Part shown: positions 39,646 through 51,315 of the stretch, piece by piece
Layout of the letters: every line of letters begins with the position of its first letter
How positions within the stretch are numbered: the stretch's first letter is position 1
DNA from: Marsupella aquatica
Lineage: Eukaryota; Plantae; Marchantiophyta
Assembly (NCBI GenBank): GCA_973895155.1
Contig: OZ316892.1
Location: forward strand, 2,173,223 to 2,237,222
DNA: 64,000 nucleotides
Direction: 5' to 3'
The notes under the pieces: generated by a model
Told to the model about the DNA's origin: nothing
The model's input: only the letters and a program-made list of their open reading frames with translations
The model's database searches: none
Program-made: the position numbers and the translations under genes

Positions 39646-41475
39646 GGTGACAGGAGTGTCTAGTCATGAGCGCTCCTGAAGGGTGACTTTGTAGGCTCAC
39701 CACTCCCTCGCAAGCCACTGTTGGGCTTGCTCACAAGTGTCCTATCACAAAAATATATTTTACTAGCACATCCTACTCACATACCTGTTTATTGGGCTAT
39801 GTACCAAGTGTGCTCACATACCTGTGTGTTGCGCTATTAAATACAACCGTCTTCCCTTGAAAACAATGCCATGGCCTCAAATAGTCTGCGGTTTCACTTC
39901 CACAAAAATGGCACATCATGTGCAACGAAGGATAATTATGGTCATTTTATTGGTTCTAAAGGAAAACTTGAAAAAAATTGCAGAAGAACAATAGGGTCCT
40001 TTAAATTCAAATTTGAGACTTATAAGAATATTAGGGTCTTATAAATAAATAAATAAATAAATTCTTACATTTTAGGGGTTCTGAGGCCTAAAAATGTTGC
40101 AGGCACTGTTGGAAAGGTCTCCATATAATGAGACCCCCGAGCAAATAGTAGGCCATGGGGTGCCCGAGGTGACTGTTGTATTCAAGTTTTGACTATGAGT
40201 TAAATGATTGTTGTGTTTGAAGAAAAATACTTTTTCTTATGGAAACCTAAAAAATCCCATTTTCAAACACAATGCTCGGGCGCTTTGTTTGGGGAAAGAT
40301 GAACAATAGGTGTACTGACATACCTTTGTACTGGGCTGTATACTAGGTAGCAAGATGCTTGGGGTAGGTGTAATTGGGAGTGTGGAGGGGTTCAATTCCC
40401 TTACACATAATTATTTTACGTTCACAAGACTAACATGATGTAATTATTGCTTTGAGATTTAGTTCAGGTGTCTCTTATATGTGTCGTGCACATACGTACA
40501 TCGCTACACAACATACATCGCTTGTGCCTCTCCTGTTCAAACGTCAGACCATGTTGTGCAAATTTTGGATTTGTGTAGGTACTTCACGCGCCATTGTGCA
40601 GGCAATTGCAGGATCTGCCGACGCGTGGAACACTTGCAAGCTAGTGTCGATGCGGAAGGAGGCGAGGATGGAGGCAGTGTCCTCCAACTGCCAATCCCCC
40701 CAAATGTGGCGGTCGCGGTCAAGTGGAAAGGCTGTCAACCGCTAGTGTTATGGCAATACGGGGCAACGGTGGGAACTGGTCCCTCTATTTTTTACTGCTA
40801 TTAGTCCTCTTTGGGGTTAGGGGCCGGTTTGCCCCTACCGCTGGAGATGCTCTAAGAAGAGGTCGAGATCTCATGGTTCCATGGCTCAGAGCATCCACCT
40901 CCCAAACCACGACCATTTGTTTGTCAGCATGATTTTCCTACCCCTCCACCACCCCGGCCCAGTGGTTGACGTAGAAGATAACTCTGACGGGGGTGACCAC
41001 TACAAAGCATTTCTTGTTGTAGGCCAGGAAGAACCCTTTTTGGACTCACAACGTCCAATTCTTGAACCTATGCTAGATCATAATCAATTCATGGCATTGT
41101 TGAACCAGGTTCAGCTGTAGGGGTAGTGGAATTATGTAATTTTGGTTTTAATTTTGTTGATGTACACTGAAGAGTACATTAATTGGAATCTCATTCAATA
41201 CAATTTGTCCTTGTGCAATTCATTAACACATGACCTCATGAGACCTTTCAAGTGCATGGGTGTGAAGGTTCTTCTGAAGTTTGTAACACTCCAATTTCAT
41301 TTGCCAATGTTCACTCCCAATTTCATGTGAATTAATTTTTGCCCTCTACACCTGGTCTCCTTGTACAGACAGGTCTAATTGTACTGGGCTTTCACACGTC
41401 GGGCACACTTCTCACAGTTGGTAGTCACTTAGCCACCTGACCTCACAAACTTAGCAAAGGTCCCAAAGTATTGCA

Positions 41476-42017
41476 TTGCAGCCAATGCATGCAAACAAAC
41501 GAGCCAAACATTCCTGGAAAGCCTCCATCGTCATTGATTTCCAGGTGGTTTTGAAAATCCTGTGCTGTCAGCTTCCTCAAGTAATTTCCCTGATACAATT
41601 CTGGGATGGCTCTCACAGGGATTTTAGAGCATTGCTTTCAGCAATCCTGCAATATTTGTCCATTGCATCCACCCCAATCCCATAAGCCAATTGACGAAGT
41701 GCAACCGTACGTTGTTTATGGAGTGAGGAGAGGCCAGCTTTTCCCACAGCATCATATTTCAATTGGAAATAACGATCATGGGCACACAAGGCAGGAAGAA
41801 TTATATTGAATAACCTAGAGCTCATCCTAAACCTTCGAAATGAGAGCTTTGAATACGTGGGATTCACCACAAAGTAATCGTTGAAGAGATTGCCTATTCC
41901 TTTCTCTCTGTTTCTGTCCACGTTGGTGCTTCTTCCTGGTCGGGAGCCTCCACGCTTTCTTTTCCTTCTTTTTCCCAAGATGGAGGTGATAGATACAAGC
42001 ATAGAAGTAGGGCACAA
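41476..42017 (-). pseudogene. PIF/Harbinger (Pong-type) transposase remnant
   Basis: Contains GGSRPGR..R.RE.G...LFNDYF...P.Y....FRRFRMS..LF..I, DAVGKAGLS and LRQLAYG..D..D.Y.RI.ES. After a stop and frameshift comes GFPGMFGSFVCMHW, where the first catalytic Asp of the SIDCMHW consensus is lost. Confidence 0.85.
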
Positions 42018-42398
42018 ACAAAGAAATACACATAACGATCAGGAAAAGTACAAGTCTTATAGAATAATGATATTGAATAGTTGTGCACATAAGGTACACA
42101 TACTCATTTGCGTGAGTTAATGAGGATCAATTCAATCAAAACCATAAGTTTAGTAAATCTAATCATGGGGGGAACTTAAGACACTAGTTGTCCATTCTTC
42201 TCAGATTCATTTCTTTCTTTCATGAGAACAGGTAAAACTTCTTCTCTCAACTGGTAGAAGTTTAACATTAGTGGTAAAGTATATACTTAGGATAGCGAAG
42301 ACTAAAAAGTGTCAAGGTGTGTCAAAATGAACTCAAAATACTCTAAAATAGCAAAAAAATAAAATGAGTCCCAAAATCATTGTTAATCTACATAACAC

Positions 42399-42640
42399 AA
42401 ATGATACACCTAGAAAAGGCACATTGAAATTAAAAAAAAACCATAAATATGAATAAGACAAAATCTGAAAGGTGGATTCACCATATAGCAGCATCAAATA
42501 TTCTTACTTAAAATGAGTGATAAATATTCTCAATTAAATGATACACCTCGAAAGGGCACATTGAAATAAAAATATAAGACTATAAATATGAATAAGACAA
42601 AATCTGAAAGGTGGATTCACAATATAGCATATAGCAGCAT
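42399..42640. repeat. Imperfect ~137-bp tandem duplication
   Basis: aaatgatacacct.gaaa.ggcacattgaaat...ataaatatgaataagacaaaatctgaaaggtggattcac occurs twice. Confidence 0.8.
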
Positions 42641-43385
42641 TAAAATATTCTGATTTAAAACGCTTGATAGAAACCTATATAAGGGCTATCTGTTCGAGTG
42701 AAGCCAAGTTCATATAGGAAATGAGGATGGGGCAGATAACCAAAAATAATAAGAATGTAAGGCAGGTTAGTCGTCCATCATTTTGACTCGGGTTCAGGGT
42801 GAGTTAAGGTTCCAACCCGATATATATGAACTGTTGTGTGTTCTATACAGGGTGAAATTGCACTAATACTTCTAAAAGTGATTTTATTACTAAGCCACCC
42901 AGTGAGAGTTCTCATGTTCTACTTCAATGAGAGCTCCCATACACTTGGTGTTCAACTTAGTGCGTTGCCATAACCATTGTGCACTGCCATTGATTTTAGA
43001 GCCAGGAGCTCCATTTAATTGATTCAAGTTTAATTTTGGGACAGGGCTAGTGAATTGATGTGTACTCTGGTTGACTACTCGAATTTCCAACTTAAGGGTT
43101 TCCATTTTAGGTTTGATCTATTTTAATTCTGTTCTTGTTCCAAATTTCAGCTCTATGTCAATTAGGATTGCAATTTTGTTTTCATTGACCTAGTGACATG
43201 GTGTGGAATTTAGTTTTGTTTAGTCTACCTTCAGCAGTCTATGGAGTGCCTCAAAGTGGACTACCTAGTAAACCCAACCTCAGTTTTGGTAATTTAAGGG
43301 GGATAATTTAAGGTTTCTACTTGTTGCGCTTAACTCCTACTCAGATTTTATACATTCATCCTATACATTTACGTTAGCTCTATTA

Positions 43386-43554
43386 GGGCGTCTCAATAAT
43401 CCTTCGAGTCGCAGGAAAAAAGAGAGGACCGAAACTAGTAGTTTCGGTCACAGTTCAGCAGTGTGCGGACACGGATTTTTGTGTCCGCCACTTTTTTCCC
43501 GGGATTCTGTCTCTGACCGCGACCGGAAGCAGCAATGCTAAGTTTGAGACGCCC
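43386..43554. mobile_element. MITE A (~170 bp)
   Basis: TIRs gggcgtctcaa / ttgagacgccc, flanked by TATTA on both sides. Confidence 0.75.
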
Positions 43555-43559
43555 TATTA

Positions 43560-43868
43560 GGGGGTCTCAAATATGGGGCTGTCATGTGTGTTCCCGGGAG
43601 GTTACTTTTGCCCGTGAGGTGCACTGCGGGCAAGTATAACGGGGGAAGGAATCTTTGTCACCGCAATTTTTTTACGTCCGTAATGTGACACTCGGGGGGA
43701 GAAAGTGAAGAGAAAGTGACTACGGGAGTCTGTCCCAGGTGTTTCCGAAATGCCGCAATCAGAGTGTGCTGGCTAGCCTAAGGGTCTCCCGCACATTTTC
43801 AGATGGTGTCCCCCCGAACCTAACTCGGGTGGCTGCAAAACTCTCCCGGCCCCATATTTGAGTCCCCC
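43560..43868. mobile_element. MITE B (309 bp)
   Basis: 20-bp TIRs gggggtctcaaatatggggc / gccccatatttgagtccccc (1 mismatch), flanked by TATTA on both sides. Confidence 0.8.
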
Positions 43869-44145
43869 TATTATTGGGATCAAGGAGAGGTGGACGGTTT
43901 CTAGTTAACGAAAGGATTGGTATAGTGAGTGAGTGAGTGAGAAACTTGCTAGTGCACATAGGAACGATCAAATTCAGGATCCTGAGAGAGAGATGTATTG
44001 CGATCGATTCTAGAGAGTGTATCGATGGACATCTTGAACAGACATGCACTTGAAGAGTGGAACAATAGAATGGCGAGAAACCCCCCCAGCAGGCCGAACT
44101 GTTGATCTTCCATTCGTTGATTTTGAGTCCAAACCTTATGTGCAC

Positions 44146-45587
44146 ATGGCAGTGATTCGGAATGTCTCTGTCTTAATTACTCCTCGCCTCCATGGCTGCA
44201 TCTCAAGACCCACCGCCGGGAATTCCTCAGGACTTGCGTCTTCCTCGTCTGGGGCATACCGAATGCAACTTAACGCGATTCCAATCCTCAAAAGGGCTTG
44301 CAAGGGCTTGGGGTTAGAGCAAATTGAATTTGAGAGCTCTTGCAGGATTTCAGGCAAGAATTGGAAAGGATGGGCGAGGAGGATTCCGAGTACTGCAGAT
44401 ATTTTGGGCGGTTGCAGGACTAGTGCGGAAAATAGAGAATTGAGTGCAGTGGACGAGGAAGTGGGAGTGATGGAGGGGGATGTGGTTGAGTACCCGGCGG
44501 CTAGCGGTGCTGGTGTGGGACACGAGGGCAACGACAATGGCCGACGGATAGGAGTTGGTGTCGTTGTAGACATGGTCAAAGAATCCGATGTTTTGTTATG
44601 TCAAATCGAGCCACTCTGCCAGGTGCTTTTTTATTTTCTCGCTCGTGAGTACTATTCTCTTGCTTGCGCTTCAAACCTCGGGACATTCTTGTTTCCTCCG
44701 AATAATGCTTGGTTCGAGCATCTTTTTGCTTTCATCCATTCATTCGAAATTGAACTTTATGGGTCCTGAGTGATGGGCAGGCGAGCTTTCCTGAGCTCTG
44801 TTCGCCCGAAGCAGCGGATCATCACCCAAGCTGCTTGAACCACATCTCCTCAGTTTACAGACCTACGTCTAATGGAGAGGGACTTGGTGAGATTAAATCA
44901 GGTTGACTAAGTCCGGTGGAGAACAATTCGACTTTCATGTCCAGAGAATTGATGGAGAAGGGGAAAGTTGTTAAAACAGCAGCTGGAGAAGGAGCTGTTC
45001 TGACACTCTGAAAACAATGTTTCAGGGTTTGGAACCTTATGATACTTTATATGATACTTCTAAAGGACTTTGTAAAATGTGATGTGTTCCAACATGCTGG
45101 CAATCTTGCAGGAAGATCCAGGCTCTAAGGAATGGATTCATGATGAGTCGGAACCGGACATTACTGTTCCAATAGGCCAGGTTAGTATCCGTCTTCCTGG
45201 AGGCAAGGTCTAAATTTAGTCAAATCTGGTCATTGAGCCGGAAGTGAGTTTCTATTGCTCCTAGATTACAGATCTTTAGGTGAGCAACATAAGTAACCGG
45301 ATTCAGCCTCTAATTTCATGTCTCCGCCTCATTCTTTGGCTTGAAGTGTCTCAGGATAGCTCGTGCTGTTGTCATAGTAACGAAATCATGGCGTCTTAAA
45401 AATGGATAGGCTTTGATGGCTCTTGAGTCCTTTATTGACTGGTCATTTATGCTTCACTCTGCTCAATGGTCAACTCTCCTTTGTGCAGGTTCGTGTTTTA
45501 CAAGCCTGGTATAGTCAAAGAATGGTGCCGGATCGCATCTCAAATCCTCACGGAGAGCATGCTGAAAATCTATGGATTTTGGAGTGA
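44146..45587 (+). CDS. Uncharacterised protein, ~214 aa, possible organellar transit peptide
   Basis: Exons 44146-44622, 45112-45180 and 45489-45587 join in phase 0 with GT-AG introns. S/R-rich N-terminus; C-terminal SQRMVPDRISNPHGEHAENLWILE. An alternative upstream ATG lies at 44044. Confidence 0.75.
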
Positions 45588-46157
45588 TTGAGCAGCCCTC
45601 CCAATTATTGAAGCTAGATCACTCATAGTACAGCATTGCCAGTGTAGAGTACCAACATCTTTGGGTATTAGGCAAAAGTAATTCCTCGGCTTATCATGCC
45701 CAGACAAGTGTGCGATTCAAACTTTAGGAACGATTTGCAGCATTTTGTATTTACAGCCCCATCCCATGGTCAATCAAGTCATCAATCACGTTATATTCAC
45801 ATGACTTCATACAGATCAAGACTTGCAGAGCTCGCACATGACCATCCAATAAAAACAAGGATGCTTCATTTTACCGATAGTCTTCAAAATTATGAGCACC
45901 CAAGTTTGTCTAAGGAAAGTACTTGATAACTGCTCACCCTCTTGTCAATGCTGTCGTACTGTAAAAAGACAACATTGCCATTGTGTCCAAGAAAGCAATA
46001 GGCCACTCAAATTTCTGGATGCTCTAGACACATCTGAACGTAGACATGAAGGTCAGTCCCCACAAAACCAAGATTCCTGTGTAGAGTAGGATACTGGAGA
46101 GACGGCGCTGGAAGGGTGGAATGATCTCCCTTGATCAACTCAAGTTGTGCCACTCTT

Positions 46158-46397
46158 TCATCCCTCTTCCATTAAAGCTCGAGCTAATCTTTCTTCTTCC
46201 GATCCTCCCACGGCAGAGGGAACTGGGGCAGAGATAGTATGATCAGATCTAAAAGCTAGAAAAACGTGGGCATCGTTTCCTGGACAGTAATCATGTGCTC
46301 CATCACCAGAGCCTCCTGAGCCCCATGCCTCTCCTCCAGAGCTTCCTGGTCCCCATTTATCTTCTTCTGCAGCCATGATTTGTCTGCCTTTGCTCAT
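46158..46397 (-). other. Short ORF / possible gene fragment of unknown function
   Basis: 79-aa G/S/E-rich ORF preceded by an acceptor-like tttgcag near 46431. No recognisable domain. Confidence 0.25.
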
Positions 46398-48180
46398 TTA
46401 TGTTCTACCTCTTGTTTCACATAAGTTGACCTGCAAATCTGCTCAAATTCATGATCTATCAGTGCCTCAGAACAATCCAACTACAGAGTTCGTGTATCAG
46501 GTGAAATTCCAAGCAGAAACTGGAGGTAGTTATTGATTAAAGTTGAAAGTGCTGCCTATTCTGCTCTACTCTAAAGTCGCAACGAAATAGCCAAACCTGG
46601 ATTCTGTCATGAATAAGACAACGTATGAAGATAAATTGAGACAAAGAAGGAAATGAGGCTCCGCACTGCCAACCATCACCAATCGAGACAATTGTTCATA
46701 CAAGGTAGAAATGTGCTGGTACAAATTTGCTCATTTTCGAAGAGAAAGCACAATAAATTCATTCATCTGAGCGAGAACTAGCTTTTCAGCAAAAAAATTC
46801 ACAAACTTCAAAGGACGTCCTTGATTTCCATTAAAGAGATCCAAATCAGAAAGGATTTAAAAATGAGGACCGCTTAGTGCAGACAAGTACACCCCAAGGC
46901 TGGAGACACCAATTCAGTCTTTTCCAAACTTACCCTGATTAGACAGTGAGAAATTACGAGTTTACCCTCATTTCATACTAAATCAAACAACTGCGTATGT
47001 TTGTGAGCAAACGTAAAGTAATTTATGTGGTAAAGATTAATCATATGGCACGGTAGGCAGGATATAGGTCCGGAATGAGGACAGGGCTTATTTCTCCCAT
47101 CAATTCCATCCCTAGGTTTACGTGGTTATTACAATAAAGATTGTTTTTTTATGCTGCTATATGGCGCATCTCTATTTCAGTCTCCCTGGTCCATTTTTAT
47201 TTGGTTATTACTTTCATTTTGGTATAGGAGGGCTGTCTTTGTTATTCCATTAGTTTTGAATTTATTTGAGACCTCCATATATGTTCTTTGTTATTTCAAA
47301 ATCCATTGGTTTCCTTTTTTTTCTCTTGTCTTCCCTTCCACAATTCTTTTCTAAGTTTTTTTTCTGAATTTGCCCTCAAAAATAATCTTCACTCTAAATA
47401 ATTGCTGCTTGCAAAGCTCTAAGACGCTACCAACCAGATCCCACGGAAGGCATCCACAACTGGACCTCACAGGTATACTCCATATGATGTTTGGACATTA
47501 TATTTATTACTTAAATGTTTAAGAATTCTATGGCCTGTAACATGCTGTCCAAGATTGTTCTGTCTTTCTTCACAATAACTTTAAAATATTTTCATTTCCA
47601 TACTATAATTTAAATAATTAATTTACTGAATTCAACTAAAATATGATAAGATCATTTTGAATAAGTTAAGTATAACAAAGTATTAGAATGGTGTAGCTAT
47701 ATCTAGACTCCTCATACCCATCCCTACTCTAAGCATATTCTAGATACCAAAAATTCAAGTTACCACACAAAACTAGGGCCTATGACCGGGGTCTGGACCT
47801 ATGGCTTGGGTATATGGTGTTAGGTATTGCCTCTATCTTGTACTTGGCTAACTAGGGTTAGCATTAGCACTAGTTAGATATTAGTACAGTTTGTGGAGTA
47901 GCTCACTCGAGTAGACATAATATTTTAGAGAGTTCTAATGTGAAACTCATTTTACACAGTGAGGTTTTCGATGAAAGACCTAAAGAGGAGATATGCCTAA
48001 GAGCTCCGCAGAAGAAGCTATGGTGGACCATGTATAATTTGAAAATTAGTGATTTTCTTGACAACAATGAACGTAGCCTATCCGGGTGAACCATTTATAT
48101 GTTGTGTAATCTCATGGTGAATGTGTATGAGTTGTTGACGTGCGCATTATTAATGTGACTCTTGTGTCTACCCTGGTTGG

Positions 48181-48275
48181 CAATTTACCCAACATATGAT
48201 GAAGTAGGTCACTATAATTATAGATAACAATTTACCCGACATATGGTGGAATAGGTCACTATAATTACAGATAGA
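48181..48275. repeat. ~47-bp tandem duplication
   Basis: caatttaccc.acatatg.tg.a.taggtcactataatta.agata occurs twice. Confidence 0.8.
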
Positions 48276-48492
48276 ATGGTGCTGCAATTTACGTGGCAAT
48301 CTACTCTAGTCATTGTTAATTTAGAGATTAAGCCCCATAAACCCTAAACCCTTGAAAAGAAGCTGCCAAGCCCTGTTTTGCCGTCTGGGTTCAATTCTCG
48401 GGATTACAGCCCTAAAACCCTTGAAACGAGCCTGTATCAGGCACATCGCAAATTTCTCGAGTCAGCCAAGCGCCACGGCTTTGTTCCGGCCA

Positions 48493-48534
48493 AGCAGAGC
48501 AGAGCAGAGCAGGGCAGGGCAGGGCAGGGCAGGG
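48493..48534. repeat. (AGAGC)n(AGGGC)n microsatellite in the PPR leader region
   Basis: Directly visible. Telo-box-like aaaccctaaaccct lies just upstream at ~48339-48352. Confidence 0.8.
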
Positions 48535-49164
48535 ATTGCGATTCCGGTGTCAATTCGTTGCATCTGTAGTTGGAGGTGGCTGCGAGTTCAGCTGATTCGT
48601 CGATGCTGTTCTCGGATCGGTGCTTGTGCGGCAGACTGCCGATCGGAGACCATGTGCGAGCGCTCTTGGAGAGATTCGGGGACTGCGGTGCCGTTCCCCA
48701 CTCTGCTCCATTTTCAGCTGAGTTTCCTGTGGTCGTCTGTACCGGAGTAGAAGTGGTCACTCAAGAGAAGCTTTTCTGTGGTCTGCGTCGCAATAAATCT
48801 TGATGTAGAATAATTGGCGTTGTCATCCGTTGGAGTTTAGGGTTTTTTTCCAACAGAAATATATCTTTGTTGCTATCTGTCTGCGATCTGTGTTGGGCCG
48901 GGCGTGCTGTATCGTAGAAATTTGGATTTCCCTGTGTTTTTTGGAAGACTGTGAACAGAGTCCTAAGAAACTATGACACGTCTTGGAAGCTTCAGAGGTA
49001 GAAGTCAGGTCCTGTGCATTTCTCACGAGATTGTGGTGGAGGTGTCCACGTAGAATGAGGGCTGCTTCACTTGACAGTTGACGATCTAAAACCCAATGGG
49101 TGCATAGCACACGCTGAGAAATCTATGACAGCCGAGTTTGGAGAGGAATTTCGATTTCGTGGGC

Positions 49165-51315
49165 ATGGCAGCCCAAATTCTAACTCTTTGGGCAGGAAAG
49201 CTTAGTGCTCTTTCTCCACGTAGCAACTGCTGCACGAGCTGGATAAGCGCACAGCAGCAGACGATTTTGCATGCCCTCTCTGCCCACCAAGCTGCACCAG
49301 GAGCAGCAGAACAACAGTCATTGGAACAATCATGGAGTTCGCGGTCACGTTTCTTTGCCAAGACATGGAAGAAGGATCAGGGGGACCCGAAAAAATTGAT
49401 GGTGAAGGAGCAGCAACCGGGAAGCAAATCGGTTAAGCCTGTCAATGTGGAGCCCCTCATCAAACAGCTGGACGAGGGGGGAGCCGTCGAGGACGAGTTG
49501 GCTGATCGGTACCGAACGGTGCCCGACTGGAAGTGGCGGGTTGCTCTCAAAAGCCTGTGTGAATCCCGGAGAGTCGACGCAGCTGCGAAGCTGCTGTGGT
49601 GGATGTTCTCGGAGCCCGGGCTCCATGTCTCTTACGACATTGTCTCTGCTATCGTGATCGCTGGACTCAGTAGAGAGGGCCGAGTCTACGACGCTTTTCT
49701 GTTAGTCGGTCCTCTCAAACAGAAGGACGCGTCTTATCCTGTGATCGTGCAGAACGCCCTCATCGAAGCTTTCGCTCGGAATGGCGAAGCAGAGAAGGCG
49801 CTGGAGCTGCTGGGGCGGATGCGTGAGCAGGGACTGCATCCCGACAAGCTCACGTACAGCGTCGTTATCCAGGGCTGCACGAGATCCAATATGGGCCTTG
49901 GCACAGTGCTCCGGTTGTACGAGCAGATGCGGAGCGATGGCTTTGAAGTGGACGGCAAGCTCTACAACGACTTGATAGTCTCAACCGCCGCTTCAGGAGA
50001 TGCCGACCGCGCGCTATATTTTCTGGAGAAGCTGCAGGAAGGCGGATTCAGACCAGCACAGACGAGCTATGTAGCTGTGATGACTGCACTCGGATGTTCC
50101 GGTAGGACAGAGGAAGCAGAGTGCATTTTTGAGGAGATGAAAGTCGAGGGATTTGTTCCAAACACTCGGTCCTACAACGCTCTGCTTCTCTCGTACACAA
50201 AGGTGGGTCTGCTCACGGAGGCCGAGAGAATTCTCAGACTTATTGAGGATAGTGGGTTGACTTTGAATCAGCGGACTTATGGGCTCATGATTGACGCATA
50301 CACGCGTTCAGGGCGTCTCAAACAGGGCATTGCGCTTTTCGATGTCATGAAGCGGAAGGACGTCCAGCCCAATGCTTTCATTTACAGCCGGCTTATGGCA
50401 TTGTTTAGAGACACAGGACAGTGGGAGCTAGCGATTGATTTGTTGCGTGAGATGCAAGAGTCGGGAATTGCTCCCAACAAGCACGTCTATAACATCGTGA
50501 TTGACACCTATGGGAAGCACGGACACCTCGACCAGGCCCTCAACGCCTTTCAAAAGATGAAGGCTGACGGGATTCAACGTGATGTCGTCACCTGGAACTC
50601 TTTGATAGAAGCATATTGTAGAGCAGACCAATACGCAGACACGCTCGATCTCTACCAGGAAATGCAGGACGATGGTTGCTCCCCGAACGCACAAACGTTC
50701 AACATTGTAATAAACCACGTTGGAGTCCGTGGAGAGTGGCAAAAAGTTGAATCGCTCCTGAAGGAGATGCAGAGCAGGGGCGTGGTAAGGAATGTGGTCA
50801 CCTTCACAACGTTGGTGGACATTTACGGACGGAGTGGCCGCTTCCAAGAAGCTGTGGAGTGCTTCGACGTCATGACGCAGCAAGGCTTGAAACCGAACTC
50901 TGCTGTGTATTGTGCTTTGGCCAATGCGTATGCTCAGCAGGGCATGTGTGGGCAGGCAGTCAATGTGTTTAGGGCGATGGAACGAGCCGGCATGGAGCCG
51001 AATGTGTTAATGTTGAACCTTCTCATCAATGCCTTCAGTGTAGCTGGAATGTACCTTGAGGCCTTTGCTGTTTTTGAATACATGAAGGAGGTAGGGTTGA
51101 GTCCGGACGTCGTGACTTACACAACTTTGATGAAAGCTCTCATTAAGGGCCGGAAGCTGTCCCAAGTGCGGGGACTTTTTGACGACATGATAGCAGCTGG
51201 CTGTGCCCCAGATGAAATGGCCAGGGATATGCTCCGCAGTGCTCTAAAATTTATGGAACAAAGTGGAAACCCCGACGAGTTCAAGCCCATGGAACCGGCG
51301 GCAGAGGTGGACTAA
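49165..51315 (+). CDS. CRP1-like: Intronless P-class pentatricopeptide repeat protein, CRP1 (At5g42310) family, ~716 aa
   Basis: About 14 tandem 35-aa PPR motifs. The C-terminus DVVTYTTLMKALI...MI.AGC.PD..AR.MLRSALKFM and GRT.EAE..FEE match the CRP1 family as I recall it. First ATG at 49165; organellar-type N-terminus. Confidence 0.88.
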   Translation: MAAQILTLWAGKLSALSPRSNCCTSWISAQQQTILHALSAHQAAPGAAEQQSLEQSWSSRSRFFAKTWKKDQGDPKKLMVKEQQPGSKSVKPVNVEPLIKQLDEGGAVEDELADRYRTVPDWKWRVALKSLCESRRVDAAAKLLWWMFSEPGLHVSYDIVSAIVIAGLSREGRVYDAFLLVGPLKQKDASYPVIVQNALIEAFARNGEAEKALELLGRMREQGLHPDKLTYSVVIQGCTRSNMGLGTVLRLYEQMRSDGFEVDGKLYNDLIVSTAASGDADRALYFLEKLQEGGFRPAQTSYVAVMTALGCSGRTEEAECIFEEMKVEGFVPNTRSYNALLLSYTKVGLLTEAERILRLIEDSGLTLNQRTYGLMIDAYTRSGRLKQGIALFDVMKRKDVQPNAFIYSRLMALFRDTGQWELAIDLLREMQESGIAPNKHVYNIVIDTYGKHGHLDQALNAFQKMKADGIQRDVVTWNSLIEAYCRADQYADTLDLYQEMQDDGCSPNAQTFNIVINHVGVRGEWQKVESLLKEMQSRGVVRNVVTFTTLVDIYGRSGRFQEAVECFDVMTQQGLKPNSAVYCALANAYAQQGMCGQAVNVFRAMERAGMEPNVLMLNLLINAFSVAGMYLEAFAVFEYMKEVGLSPDVVTYTTLMKALIKGRKLSQVRGLFDDMIAAGCAPDEMARDMLRSALKFMEQSGNPDEFKPMEPAAEVD

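Noticed and set aside
40452-40852. SWIM/Mutator-like fragment (CKCSTRRQILQLP) and a lone Harbinger-type TIR tggagatgctc|TAA at 40842-40852
   Set aside because: The motif is incomplete and I found no matching left TIR, so no element can be delimited.
45890-46397. OTU-like or other spliced gene around the 79-aa ORF
   Set aside because: I could not build a consistent exon chain or find catalytic motifs.
48339-48352. Interstitial telomere
   Set aside because: Only about two AAACCCT units; better explained as a promoter telo-box.
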